64,000 nucleotides of DNA, from NCBI GenBank assembly GCA_028023455.1, contig JAQFVV010000006.1, positions 8,308,001 to 8,372,000 of the forward strand, given 5' to 3'. This stretch comes from Epiperipatus broadwayi. Its lineage: Eukaryota; Animalia; Onychophora. A program made the translations under genes and the position numbers. This document shows, piece after piece, positions 1-13,541 of the stretch. Under the pieces are notes generated by a model. The model worked only from the letters and a program-made list of their open reading frames with translations, had not been told where the DNA came from and did no database searches. The first letter of the stretch is position 1. Each line of letters begins with the position of its first letter.

Positions 1-844
1 TGTATTTCATATTTTATAATATTTGTAATATTTCTAACTCTTTAAATATTTTGTACTGAAATGAAAATAGAAATAAAAAAATTATTTAAATAAACTAGAT
101 ATAAATACAATAAAAATACACAATAACTGCACGTCCTTATTGAGAATTTTTTCTTTTGGGGGACAGAATGTTTCTGATATTCAAGGTGAGTCTTTATATC
201 AATTAGTTTGAGAAGCACTGCTTTAAATTAAAAGAACTACTAGTATTTATAATAAACAAAGAAAAATAAAATAAAATGAAATTTATTTATAATTCGAAAA
301 TATCAAGCAGTTTTCAGCATTTTCACACTATAAACAATTACTGATATTAAAATAATTTTGATCAATAAAGATCCAAGTATTTGTTAATATTCCGAAATTG
401 GCTATGATTAAGAATGTTTCTAGAATTTCGTTACATTAAACGGATGATGTAATATTCAACGGAAATTTAAATTGTAACCCACTTTGCTGACTTTTGTTTT
501 TGAAATTATTTTTTAATGTGGAAAATCACATTTTTTTTTTTTTTAAAAATGCCTCATAGAAAATTTGAAGTTATTCTCATTTTTATCTTGTTTGTAATTA
601 GTTGCCCAAAATGTTTCTAAAGTTGGCTAAAGAAAAAGGTTTATTCCAATGAAACTGGCTTTTCTAGTTGAAAGCACACTTAGCTAATCTTAATAAATGA
701 AAAGATGGAATAAATCTTTTTCTTAGCAAACGTTAGAAATGTTTTCAGCAAATGTACAGAAAACTGAGATTTTTTTAAAATACCTTAAAAGTAACTTTAA
801 ATTTCTTATAACAGTTTTGTCAGAAATATTAAACTCTGTCGTTG

Positions 845-1225
845 TATGTTGGACTATTTCCATCATCTATCAGTAAATGTTGACTGTATAGAAAATTTTA
901 AACTTTATTTAAACTTTTCAAATAGTCACAACTCGTTAGTAATACAGCACAAATAGACAACACAGGTTAGACTCCTATGTGAATGCTATCACAGTCAGGT
1001 CAGCAACACCTGAAACAGAGTGGAGAATAATACTACTCAAAATGTTGTAATTACTAGCCTGTGTTGTCTTTTTGGTGTTATTACCAACAAGATGTTTGTA
1101 TTTGAAAAGTTTAAATAAAGTTTAAAATTTTCTCTACATTCAACGTTTATTGATAGATGATGGAAATAGTCCAACATATTATCACATATAATATACCATC
1201 ATCACAAATAAATCTTCAGGCAAAT
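845..1225 (+). mobile_element. Solo PLE pLTR fragment with inverted arm (family A); degenerate hammerhead in the loop
   Basis: Arms 845-970 and 1054-1178 are near-perfect reverse complements (tatgttggactatttccatcatcta... / ...tagatgatggaaatagtccaacata). The arm matches the pLTR at 4445-4560 and 7015-7125. The spacer holds acac-ctgaa(ac)aga-gtggag..tactc-aaaa-tgtt. Confidence 0.8.
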
Positions 1226-2193
1226 ATTTTTTTTCTTTAATTCTACATTGATGTAATAATTTACCAATTTGATATTAGAAATTGCATATTATCTTTAATT
1301 TGTTATTAAAAACAACTTTAAATATAGAATTGTAGAACTTAAACATTTAACTTTTTTTTATTAAAATATTCAGAAAGAAAATGAACTTTGTTGTTTTTCA
1401 TTTTGCATCTAAAACACTAATAATTTGATAATAGAAGGTACTACTACATTATATGTTGTATTTATTACAGAAAATAAACTTTTAACATAGAATTGTGATT
1501 TTTTTCTGTTTCTGGGCTATACAGTCTATTCAAAATTTTATATAACTTAAAGGTAAGTTTATTTTCTTTATAAAAAATTTTCGATAGAAAACTGATTACG
1601 TGATTTCCCTAACTTTTTTTATGATGTTAACTGCTAAAAAATAATTTAATGTTAAACTGCTGCATTTTTCTTGTTTCCCTTTTTAAATTAATCAAAATAA
1701 ATTTTTTAAATGTTTTTATATGCCATGTACACTTGGAAAACAAAAATTAAAAGTATACACAAAGCAATAAAGTTTCAAGTAATTTTTTTTAACAATTCAA
1801 CTTTTTCATTAATATATTCACTGCAGAAATTGTAATCTGCATATATCTTTGTGAAGCCATGTTGCAGATGTAGAAGTTTTTGAAAAAAGGACTTGGAGTC
1901 ATGAATTTTGGAATAACAATAGAATATCCGTATGTAAGAAACTCTGTTTAATCATACTATATTGAATGGTACCTGAAATTTGAACACTTCCTATGACTTT
2001 TAATGAATTTTAAATAAATTTCACTCCCATGCTTAGTGGATGAAATGGTTTGATTATTCGCTAATAATAAAAATACTGACAAATCATTCTTTAATTCCCT
2101 TTTAAAAATAATTATTTAACTTTTTATAATTAGATTGCAAAATGTGGGTTCATGCCTGTACGCAAAATAGTTTTATTTCTTTTTGCAACTTAG

Positions 2194-2288
2194 ATACGAA
2201 TGAGTGCACTTTCGGTGATGTCCGTCAGAATTACAACTCTCATAGATTGACTCAGTCTGCTGCTCCATTTAAGCAGTTAGATAATTAT
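2194..2288 (+). CDS. Candidate internal exon of an unidentified gene (xTNECTFGDVRQNYNSHRLTQSAAPFKQLDNY)
   Basis: Pyrimidine-rich acceptor ttttatttctttttgcaacttag| and donor |gtaagt; open frame; higher GC than flanks; phase 1 to 0. A phase-compatible upstream candidate lies at 1868-1933 (donor gtaaga, weak acceptor). Confidence 0.35.
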
Positions 2289-2549
2289 GTAAGTGCTTTA
2301 TTCAAATTAGAAATTTACATATTTCATTTTCTCGATAATTGGATGCTATTTTCTTTCTTGATAATTATGTTCATAATTTTTTTTTTTTAAAAAGTTCAAA
2401 CTACTTATTATTAATTTATTATATGTTTAAAAAATAGCAATGACACAATTATATGTATACATTTTTTTACTTTTTTTAAATAACCAAAGAGTATCAATTT
2501 GAGACAAAAAGCAAGCAAATATTGCATTATGCATAAAATGTTTTAAAAA

Positions 2550-2647
2550 GCGTTGGTGGCCGAGTGGTTAGCACAGCTGCCTTACCAAGCAGTTGTCCCA
2601 GGGTTCGATTCGCTTCCCAGCCAACGCTTTGACACATTAAAAAAAAT
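2550..2647 (+). mobile_element. tRNA-Gly-derived short SINE (SINE-G), copy 1
   Basis: gcgttggtggccgagtggttagcacagctgcctt(a)ccaagcagttg...gggttcgattc...ccaacgc closely resembles metazoan tRNA-Gly(TCC), but has insertions in the anticodon loop and T arm. The family trailer tttgacac and an A-rich tail follow. Confidence 0.8.
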
Positions 2648-3287
2648 ATATTTCATTTTATTATTGTTTTAAAAGATATAACATAAATACATGGAAGAAT
2701 ATATGTTTTTAAATAAATAAAGGAATAAATAGTTCTATTTATCTGCATAAAAATGTGCACAAAAATTTTCTATTTTGAAGAGACTTGCTAACACTAATGA
2801 TCCTATTCAAAGGTTACATTTATTTTTAAAAGCAAGATAAAAGCTTTTAAAATATATTCTTCTTTTTGTATCATCTAACATCTTTAAACAGTAGAAATCA
2901 AAATAATAAACATTAACAGCATATCTCCTCTTCCTTTGCTTCTTTGTTTAAAATGTAGCCATTCAAAGATTTTTGTTACCTCTTCACTCAACAATTACAT
3001 TTAATCTATTTTAAAAATCAACTACAACAAGGCTTTTTAAAATTATTCTCCGATATTTTTTGAATTAAGTACAACTTTTGTACTATAACTATAAAAAAAA
3101 ATAAAACTATATATGTATTTTTTATTTTCAATTAAAATTGTAATGTTTTTTTTTAAATCTTTCTATAACAAAGACATTAAAATAAATATGAACTCATGAT
3201 AATATAATAAATATATTAAATACATATAAGCTTGCAATATAAATATAGTTACTTTTATTACCTCATTTTAAGTGATTTATGTCAAAG

Positions 3288-3785
<498 letters not shown>

Positions 3786-4291
3786 CAAAAGAAAAAGCAA
3801 TTATTTGTACTGTAGTGTACCTATACATATGAAAAACAGCAGACAGCTTTCCAAAACCGTGCCATACTATAAGGAATTCTAACACCTACAAAGCCTAAAC
3901 TTGAAATGCTGAAAAGTAAAAGCTGCATCAATGAAATACCAGGTGAATGTGAAAAAGATATATGGGTGAGACCAGTCACTCCATTGGAAACTGATTGCAA
4001 GAGCACAAACTGATGATTAAAAAAGAGGAAACAGATGTTTCCATGGTAGCAGACCATGTATATACCAATAAACATATGTTCAATTGGGAAAATGCAAAAA
4101 TACTGGAAAGGAAGAAGAAAATTCAAAGAAGCTGCTCGCTTGACAATGGCAAATAAAAGCAATAAGTAAATCTAGTGTGATGATACATAATGTATAGAAA
4201 CCACTAATCCATTTTGCTCTTAGAAAAATGTTAATACATCAGAAGGAACCTCATAGACAAGTACATGAAAATTCTACTGATTGTTGTCTTT

Positions 4292-4375
4292 GGCAGGATG
4301 GCTCACTTGGTTAGAGAATTACCTTAAAATTCAATATTCAAAACTCTAACTGTCCAGGTTTGATTCCCATGCTAG
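4292..4375 (+). promoter_or_regulatory. tRNA-like Pol III module in the PLE pLTR (copy 1)
   Basis: A-box-like TGGCTCACTTGG at 4299-4310 and B-box-like GGTTTGATTCC at 4357-4367. Copy 2 has TGGCTCAATTGG at 6874-6885 and GGTTCGATTT at 6923-6932. Confidence 0.65.
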
Positions 4376-4398
4376 TTCTGCCACTTCTTAGGACAGCT

Positions 4399-4440
4399 AC
4401 ACCTGAAGATGAGAGAATAATAACTCTCAAAACGTTGTGT
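4399..4440 (+). ncRNA. Minimal type I hammerhead ribozyme, family A (G12A mutant)
   Basis: acac CTGAAGA t gagag-aataataa-ctctc AAAA cgtt gtgt: stem I acac/gtgt, stem II gagag/ctctc, palindromic AACGTT in place of stem III. Confidence 0.8.
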
Positions 4441-6963
4441 ATATACTAACCTGAGTGCTATTACTAATAGTTGAATGTAATTTGAAAATTTAAGTAACGT
4501 TAAAGTTTTTCTAAAAAACATTCAATACTTAATATTAGATGATGGAAATAGTACAATATATAAACATAACTAAATTCCATCATCACAAACCTTCAGGAAA
4601 ATACAATGTATTCAGTATGGACCCGATACTAGAGACATTATAAAAAATTATGTCTAAAGCTGGCCAAAGTAGAAAAATCATTTAACTTTCTTATGTAATT
4701 GTAAATCTGAAGGGATAGTTCCTAAGGATCTGCCATTAAAATCTCCAAATCACTGCCAGAGAGCTGAGAAAATTACTCAGAGAACAAATAAAGCTCTGTT
4801 AAGAGAAAGAATAAATGCTCAAAGGTTTTTCAAGTATCAATCTTTGCATTCTATTAATAATGCAGAATGTTTTCTAAAAAATAAACTTACTGATGAAGAC
4901 TTCACAAGAGTTTCTCAAGCAGTAAAATAATCATATTCTACATTACATGAAAAAATAAAAGAATGCCAAATGAAAAAACTTGCAAATCTATATGGGCATA
5001 TCAAAAGTTATAATGTAACACCCAGTGTACCAGCTTCATCCGTTAAAAATCTCAATTCTAAACATCTAACAGATGCTGAAATTTCTGTTTTCAAAAAAGA
5101 ATTAAATTTTGCCATAACATCATCTAATATCCTTTTATTAGATATAATGGCAGCCACTGAGGAAGTCACTCAAAAGTTGCCTTTAGAAGAAACAGCAGAA
5201 TTACGCTGGAGAATAAAAAGAACGCTTAACAGGCAACAAAAATTGACGTCAAACATATCATATGATGAGAGGAAGGCAAATAAATCTCTCAAAGTTGATA
5301 AATTTATAATCATTCTCCCTGCTGACAAAGGCAATGCACTAGGTGTAATGTATACAACTGATTATGACAACTAAATACAAGAACTTCTCACAGCAAGCCA
5401 ATACAGAAAGGTGGGAAAAAATCCAATACTGAGTACAGAAACAAAGTTACAAGCATTACTAATAAAGCATCACAGGTACTTCAGTGATTCAGAAAAAAGT
5501 AAACTAACATCATATTTCAGCAAAATTCTTCATCTTTATGGTCTATCTAAAATCCCTAAAAATCATATTTCATTAAGACCTATTGTTAATTCTAGGAATT
5601 CACCTTGCCAAAATTTATCAAATTTTTTTCTCAAAGTTCTTAGTCCTTTATCAGCTTTAGCATACAAGACTCAATACTTTGTAGAGATTCTAGACCCTTT
5701 ATAGAGTTAACCAAGGACATGAAGATTGAAAGAACTGACATACTAGTAAGCTTTGATATGGAAAGTTCATTCAAAAATGTACCATATAAAGAAGATTAAA
5801 TGATGATAATAGCTTAAGATCCAGAACAACTTTTCCTATTGATAATATAATGAACTATTTCTGCATAACAACAACCTACTTTCAATACAACACAGAATTC
5901 TTTCAACATAATCAAGGGATGGATATAGGCTCATCATTATCATACTCATTAGCAATATTTACATGAAAAAACTTAAAACCACAGCCATTGTACAATCAAC
6001 AAAGCACTTGATCCAGATAATTATCCACATCATTATCCATTACCATCAGTCAAACAAATCCTATCCACGCTGTCAGGTGGTAGGGTTTTTGCCAAAACTA
6101 CAGCATACAGAAAAACCACACATACAGACAAATACTTAGCACATACATCCAATCACAACAGAATCACAAAACATGTAGTTATACTATCATTATGGAATAA
6201 CACAAAAGAAGTTTATTCAGAAATCTGTGATTTGAAAAAAAAAATCTCTATATAAAACAAACACAAAAAATGGTTATCCATCAGCTGTTCTTAAGAAAAC
6301 CTTAAATAGACAAACAAAAAAAAACCTAAAAAAACAATTATTGGTACTGTACAGTATCCATACATACCAAGAATAGCACACAAATTAAGAAACATTTGCT
6401 ATCAGTATAACTTCAGAACAGCTTTCCAAAACCATACCACATTACAAGGACTTCTAACATCTATAAAGCCTAACTGAAAAGCAAAAACTGCATATATTAA
6501 ACTCCATATAAATGTTGAAGAATGTATATTAGTGAGATCAGTTGCCCCATTGAAAAATGCTTGCAAGAACACAAATTGATGATTATAAGAGAACAAACAG
6601 ATGTGTCTAAGGTAAGCAGACCATATACATACCAGTGAACATATGTTCAATTGGGAAAATATAAAAATATTGGATAGAGAGGAAAACATACAAAGAAGAA
6701 AATTTGCAGCTGCTCACATGACAATGGAGAATAGCCCCATAAATCAACCTAGTGTGATTATACATAATGTATGGAAACTACTAATCAACTTTGCTCTTAA
6801 GAAAAAGTGGAGAAATCAGAAGGAACCTCATAGATAAGTTTATGAAATTTCTAGTGACTTGCCCTTGGCAGGATGGCTCAATTGGTTAGTGTAAAATTGA
6901 ATATTTAGAATTTAAGAATCCAGGTTCGATTTTCAAGCTAATACTATCATTGGTCAGTCTGAC

Positions 6964-7016
6964 AACACATGAAGAAGAGAGGAAAATAATACCTCTCAAA
7001 ACATGCCTATTTTAAC
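6964..7016 (+). ncRNA. Degenerate family A hammerhead in the 3' pLTR
   Basis: acaca tgaagaa gagagg-aaaataata-cctctc aaaa catg; stem II is extended by one bp relative to the 4399 copy. Confidence 0.65.
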
Positions 7017-7596
7017 CTGTGTGCTAATACTAATGAATGTAATTTGGAAAATTTAAATAAAAGTTAAATTTTTCTAAAAACATTCCATACTTCATATTAG
7101 ATGATGGAAATAATCCAATATATAAATACAACATTAGTGCAATATTTTATTTATTAAGAGAAAGACATGTTTATTAGAATAAAATTTCTACAGTAGTTTA
7201 ATATACAGTTTCAAGTTTTTTTAAAAAAAAAATCTAAAAAATTACCTACAAAACTACATATATATTCACATACACAGAGTGCGTAAATATATATATATGT
7301 ATAAATTTTTCATGCATAATAGAAAATACATGTTTTTTAAAATTCAGTTTGCTCATATTTCTTTAATGTCTTAAAATAATAGTTTTATTCACTTTCAAAT
7401 TACCTTAAATATATAGTCAGTAAATTACTGTGAAGTATTACAGTAAAACAGATGGATCTTAATAAAACTTTAATGTAATCAAAATAAATTAATTTTTAAA
7501 TGCTTTTATTTAAGTTATAATCTCTGTTTGTCAATTTGTTTGTTTGTAAACAGTTTTAAACACTTCTTTTTAAATTAAAATGAAATTTTAAAACTG

Positions 7597-8110
7597 AGGT
7601 TTAATAGATTTAAATTCAATATAATTTGTAGAAATTAGATACATTTCTTCTAAATTACTACCGAAGCAATAGACTAGTGATCTCATTTATTAGATCTGGG
7701 CCTCTGGGTGGAGGAAATTTTAAATATTTTGATATCAAACCTGAAAGCCATTCTTAAAACTTCAATATATTTTAAGTAAGACCAGTTAGAAGGCAGTATA
7801 GAGAATTTTTTGATTCCAATTGAAAGATTGAGTAATGTTATAATAACATCATAAAATCAAAGTTTAATAGATTTAAATTCAATATAATTTGTTGAAATTT
7901 AATACATTTATTCTAAATCACTACCAAAATGATAGGGCACTGTAAAATTTTAGGTAGGTGACCTAGTTCCTTAGATATGAACCACTGAGCAGAGAAAATT
8001 TTTAAAAATATTTTGATATTAACTTTAAGTCATTTTTCAAACTTCAATATGTTTTAAGTAAGGCACACAATTTTTTTTGGTTTCAATTGAAAAAGTTTAA
8101 TTTAAGTTAG
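7597..8110. repeat. Diverged tandem duplication, period about 260 bp
   Basis: tttaatagatttaaattcaatataatttgt..aaatt..atacattt.ttctaaat.actacc occurs at about 7600 and about 7862. Confidence 0.75.
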
Positions 8111-9844
8111 AATAAAATAAAGTTAGTTTATAATAATTTTGTTTTTTTTTTAAAAAAACTTTAAAAAAAATCAAACACTTTTCACCAGAAAAGATGTCTT
8201 CATATTTTAAGTTATTTAATGACTTATTATATATATAATTATGTATACCTACTACATATGACATATACATAAAAAGAATACATATTAAATTGTTTCAGAA
8301 ATATCTAATGATATGTATATATAAACTATGTGTCAAGTTGATTTAAAATACAATATAGTTTTATATTTTTATTTACTGTGACAATACTAAAAAGTTTAAA
8401 GTAAATAGATTTTTTTTATATTAAATGCTTTTATTATTTACTATGCACTTAAAAGTAAAAAAATGTTTTCACCCACAATTGAGCTTTTTAGATTTAAAGT
8501 GAAATAAAACTGGAGGGGGGGGGGATTCAGAAATTGATCAAGTCAATTCCTATTTTTCATAACAAGAAATTGACTTTATTAATTTCTGTCCCTACCCCAT
8601 GTCTTTATTTCAAGTTAAATCTAAAAGGCTCAATTGTGGTTGAAGAAACTTTTTTTATATTCTTTTTGCTTTTTACTGCACAGTAAATAAAAGCATTTAA
8701 AAATAAAAATATTTCTATTTATTATATATATTAAAGCAAATATTTTTTTATGAATAAAAGATGTAAATAAATACCTCAGGTTCATCATGGCATTTATTTT
8801 CTTGTTAATATCAATAATATATAAAGGTTGTGAATGAATCATTCTAATCATTCATATAGCAATCACTCAATCAATTGTTGCAGAAAGAGTGAAAATATCT
8901 CTAGCCACAACATCAGTCCAAGAATATTAACAACAAACAATAAAATTGTGAGAACAAATCCTGGATGCATGTTTACACACATATATAATAATTTCACATA
9001 ACAATCAAACTTAATAAACCAATACAATCTCCACTTCCACAATGTGTTGTCAAAGCAATGTCTGTATATAAAAGTTAATTTCAAGTGTTATCATTCTTTG
9101 TCTAGTTAAGAGTAAAAGTTTAAATTCACTTTTTGTTTGAAATTCATATTTTATTTATAGAGATCGCCTTGTTGACCGATTTTAGTGGGTTTATTAAGCT
9201 TTGGCTGTTATTATGTGAATTATATTTGAAAACAAATTATCACCTTATGGATTAATATATATATATAAAGATAATTATTTGGAATTTGATAATAAAAAAG
9301 CTTTAAATCATGATATGCTCAATCAGTTTTGAAAACTGTAGAAATGTATGTTCCGGTTGATATATAGATATTCAAAGATAATACCTTTTTTTTCTCTTGA
9401 TTGTATTATCAAATTATTTTTACAGACATTATTTTACCCAGTTTATATAAGCTATAAGTTGTTTCTCTTTTTTATTTTAATTTTTCTTAACTTTTCTATA
9501 AAATCTATAAAGTAGAATATCATTCTGATACATATACAACTTTTTATGTATAACTGTAATTATCATGAATGTCTAATTTGCTAGTACAAAATAATACCCC
9601 CCCCCAAAAAAAAAGTACATTAGCAATAATTTAATAATTTAAAGGCATTTTAATTAAATATGGAAAAATTTGTTTTAATGTAACAGTTACCGCTTACGAG
9701 TATGAACAGCAGCAAAAACAATTTATGACCGCATTTAATGTTTTCAATGTTTGGTCTGGAGATATAAAGAGCAAGTTGTATTGTTTCTTGACGGAATTAT
9801 TGTAATTTAATTTAGCAAAAGATTTTCCAGTGATCTTTAACAAT

Positions 9845-9985
9845 GGCAGCCTTACATAGTTTGCTGCAGTGGTAGAGTGACAGATTCTAAAGTATGAGGT
9901 CTTCAGATCGATTCCAGTTCCGGCACTTCTAGTGCGTGAACTTCGCATGAACTCTCGAGTAATAGAGCCATTTGATTCTTTATTT
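9845..9985 (+). mobile_element. tRNA-derived SINE family 2
   Basis: A-box-like tgcagtggtagag, B-box-like gatcgattcc, and the family 3' core gaacttc..atgaactctcgagtaata.agcca. Confidence 0.7.
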
Positions 9986-10517
9986 ACTTTATTTAATGAG
10001 GGCAAAAATACAAAAGACTTCAAATTTTCACAACTACTGTACTTATTATTTTAGTATGAATTAATGATTGAAATAATTTTTTAATAAATTTTAATTAATT
10101 CACACACACTTTAAAAGATAAAAAATGTACACATTCCAAAAAAAAGAAAAGAAATACACCAAAATTCAGTAAATACTGATAAATAAATACACCTAACAAA
10201 CATGAATGTCATTTCTATTTTGGTTTTCTTCGCTTGATCAACTGCTCTACTTAATGCTATTTTCAATCTTTTTCTGTAAAAATCCGTGACAGAAAATTTA
10301 ATCATTAACTTTTTAAAAAATGCATAAAAACTTGAATTAAAAAATGCTGCATTTTCTACATCATTATGAGATAAAAAGCAAAGGAAATGAAAACTAATTA
10401 CTATGTTAATCTGATATGCATTTTCTCCGCAAAAGGGGGTAGGGAAATAATAATCAGTGAAATCTTCACTTCATGGTCACATATTGTTAGGATGATACCT
10501 TGCACAGTTTGATGTAG

Positions 10518-10850
10518 GAACAGCTTGGTGCAGTTAGTAAAGCATTCGACTTGGGATTGAAAAATCCCAGGATCGATTCTGCCACTTGAAGTTCTTACGA
10601 ATTCCCAAGTATTAAAGCAATTAGTATGCTTTTTCTGCGCACTTTGGCAGTTTCCAATTTGAGATGAGGTGGTTACAGGATCAATTGTGGTACTTGAATT
10701 TCTTATGAATTTCTGAGCAATAAAGCCGTTAACATTTTTTTAATTGTGCATAATTTGGTGCAGTTAGTAGTGCCTGACTTGGGATCATGAAATCCCAGGA
10801 TCGATTCTGGTGTTCGCAATTCTGGCTCTGAAACTTCTGAATCCCGGTAA
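10518..10850 (+). mobile_element. Cluster of three SINE family 2 copies/fragments
   Basis: Repeated ttggtgcagttagta..gacttgggat..aaatcccaggatcgattct and the core cttatgaatt..gagcaataaagcc. Confidence 0.75.
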
Positions 10851-11418
10851 GAATGGCATGCAAATACAAAAATTATATCTTCTAACTACAACAACATGTC
10901 AACATGTAATAAAGATACATTCAGAAGATAATAAAATTAAGAATGACAGTTAGTTGGGTTCTTTTAACGATAGTGTTGCAATATACAAATAATATTCCAT
11001 TGCATATATATATTCAACAGATATTAAAATTAATGGTTACTGTTACTATATAATTTATTATTTGTGTAGTTTCAGCAGTAATTATATAATGATTGCACAA
11101 TACAATACCTAATTATATAATATATTAAAGAGTTGTAAATTGCAATAATGGTGTGATGTAAAATAAACTTCTATGCATATAGCTAGAAAATGCTATTAGC
11201 CGAATTAAAAATTTCCTTTTGCTGAGACCATGATATGACTCAATAAAGTCTTCAGTCTTTACTGTCAAATAATTCTTCTAGTTCTAATTTATTTCTTCTT
11301 CTCCCATTTCAATAAAAGCTATTTCATTAATTCTACTATCCTATCTTCATATTTTTAATTTCTGTTATTATATTTTGTTCATATAAGTACTAGGGCTAAA
11401 TTCCAGACCACAAATCCA

Positions 11419-11499
11419 CGTTTCTAGAGTATGAAAACAAACCTGGTTACCCATTCGAGTTTTCTAGAGTATGAAAACAAACTTGACTATCCATTCGAG
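11419..11499. repeat. 40-bp tandem duplication
   Basis: tttctagagtatgaaaacaaac.tg.(t/c)ta.ccattcgag occurs twice. Confidence 0.9.
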
Positions 11500-12430
11500 C
11501 TTATATCAGCTAGCAATGTGTGTATAGAAAGGAATAATTCTAAACCCAAGATAAAGAAGGCTTGGCATATTGTCAACAATACTCACTTGATAAACAAAAA
11601 GGAATCCTCTTTCCCCTTCTCTAAAAAGTGAGCCATGTAATTTATGTGTATACATTTGCATAAAATTTACATTATATCTTTTATCCACAATCTTCTCATC
11701 CACTAGTCATTGTTATGAATATGATATCAATATATAGGAAAGTCATATTATAATAAAACTTTTTATTATTAATCTTTTTTTTTCATTCAGTGTTCCTAGC
11801 ACTTATATCAATTACAATTGTATAGGAGAAGTAAACCAATGTAATATAGAATTATTAACATTTCAACAAACAAAATATATTATTTGTTCTCTTTATTCTT
11901 AAAACTTCTATTCTCTAACTTTATCCTGATACTCTTTCAACATTCTGCAAATAAATATCCTGTTCTCTCTTCCATCTACATATAAACTCCTTTATAGTTC
12001 AACTTATTCAATTTTTGTCATCTTTATCTGTTATTTAGAGTTTCCTTCTTGCACCAAATAACAACAGGCTGCCTCTTGATATCGTATGTCCATTCACACT
12101 TTTTATACCATGAACCCAGCACTTAAGAACCTTCTAAGAACTCTTTGCGAAAATAATATATCAGATGTTACATATAACAGCCAAATTCTTGATTATATCC
12201 AGAATTTGGCTATTTTATGTAATACAGAATATATCATCTTCAAAATGTGCTGCTAGAGAGAAAACATGCAATGGTTCATAAAGTGGCATATTAATAAATT
12301 ATACTTCCATTAGTTGGTATATGTCAAAGTGATGAGGATAGTAAGTTTGACACTTATCAATTAAACTGTATTAATTGGCTATCTTCATAAGACTGAACAA
12401 TAATAAACATGTGTAAGAGATTGTGATCTG

Positions 12431-12471
12431 GCCAACTGATGAGTGCTGGTTCAGCATGAAATATGTATGGC
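12431..12471 (+). ncRNA. Minimal type I hammerhead ribozyme, family C, core intact
   Basis: gccaa CTGATGA gtgctg-gtt-cagcat GAAA tatg TA tggc. Confidence 0.8.
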
Positions 12472-12672
12472 ATGAATCATATGTCTTTTTCACTTCTTAG
12501 GTAATGTTTATGATAACACCCCTCCACAAGGTATTAAAAATGGATAGAAACCAGTCACTCTTACGTGAGAGGGGTGTAGTGAAAATTACACTACAGAAAT
12601 ATTATTCATTAAATGAATCATCTCTAGTCCAATGAATGACTAATAAAAATTAATATACTGCAATGCCTTCTT

Positions 12673-12763
12673 CTTTTTTTTTCATGTGTCATAGCATCAG
12701 CTGGGAAGCGTACCCGCTAACCCGGGCAACTGCTTGTAAAGCAGCTGTCGCTGACCTCTCGAC
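12673..12763 (-). mobile_element. SINE-G copy 2 (5'-truncated)
   Basis: Reverse complement reads gtcgagaggtcagcgacagctgctttacaagcagttgcccgggtt...ctatgacacatg followed by poly-A. Confidence 0.85.
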
Positions 12764-13541
12764 TTTCTTAATTTTGTAAAATCATCAATCTGGAAACGTT
12801 AGGCAATCATGAATAATTCTTTGCACATATAAAAACAAACCATTAGTTGGGGGGGGGGGTACAAACACTGGGTAAAAGCAGCGTCTTTTGCAGCTGATCC
12901 ACTCGTGTTAGCGTTAATCTTAAGTGAAAAGTATTAAAATGGAGGTCGGAAAATATAGGTAGTGGCTTACTTCTTCCCATTGAGGCCAAAAAATATTCAG
13001 TGAAATAATAAATTTATAATTGCTTCGAGAGACGTCGCATTTAATACGATAATCCGTACGAAAAACTTTGGTAGAGAAATTAAAATCGTCTGCTAATTTC
13101 CTTTATTGACATGCTTCATTAAATCAATTGAAGACATTTTCTTTCACGGGTATGACTCGTTAAAAGCTTAAACTAATAATATATCAGATTAAACCATTTT
13201 TAAATATGTTTTATCCATTATCACTAGTTTAATTTTATTTCTTTTCATGTAAAAAAAAAAAAAGAATGATTTAAAAATAAATAAGTAGAACAAACACATA
13301 TGAAGGGGAGTTTTTTTTTTTTTGGAAATACAGTACTACTGAAACATTTAACCCCATTTGTTTCTTCTTTTATAAAAGATTAATTTCAATAGAGTAAAAA
13401 AAAAACTATATTAAGAAACAACAATAAATTAAAAGCTTAACATAAATAAAAAACAGCAAACTTTTGAAGCAGGCATAAAGTTAAAATGACTACTGTACTA
13501 ACTACGACAGTAGAAAAATTAAATTATTTAGATCGTTTTTT

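Larger units (their letters stand above)
3826..7135 (+). mobile_element. Degenerate Penelope-like retroelement (RT + C-terminal GIY-YIG) in partial-tandem form with two pLTRs
   Basis: ORF pieces carry PLE RT motifs: ELNFA, IIILPADKG, LYGLSKIPK..LRPIVNS and LVSFDMES. The GIY-YIG tail FNWENIKILDREE..RRK is at 6643-6837. 3826-4560 is a direct repeat of 6400-7125. Many stops and frameshifts. Confidence 0.9.

Noticed and set aside
207-220. hAT/Charlie-type TIR (tttgagaagcactg)
   Set aside because: Only 14 bp, and no partner end was found in the window.
2550-2627. Functional tRNA-Gly gene
   Set aside because: Insertions disrupt the anticodon loop and T arm, and it shares a trailer with TSD-flanked SINE copies.
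3826-4600. GIY-YIG upstream of RT, suggesting a domain-permuted (Naiad/Chlamys-type) PLE
   Set aside because: It is a direct duplicate of the element's own 3' end (6400-7125), is followed by a pLTR, and a GIY-YIG also lies downstream of the RT. This is the ordinary partial-tandem structure.
8863-9084. Hydrophobic minus-strand ORF (also 20989-21174) as membrane-protein exons
   Set aside because: Hydrophobic frames are expected in AT-rich DNA, no consistent phase chain was found, and no family was recognised.
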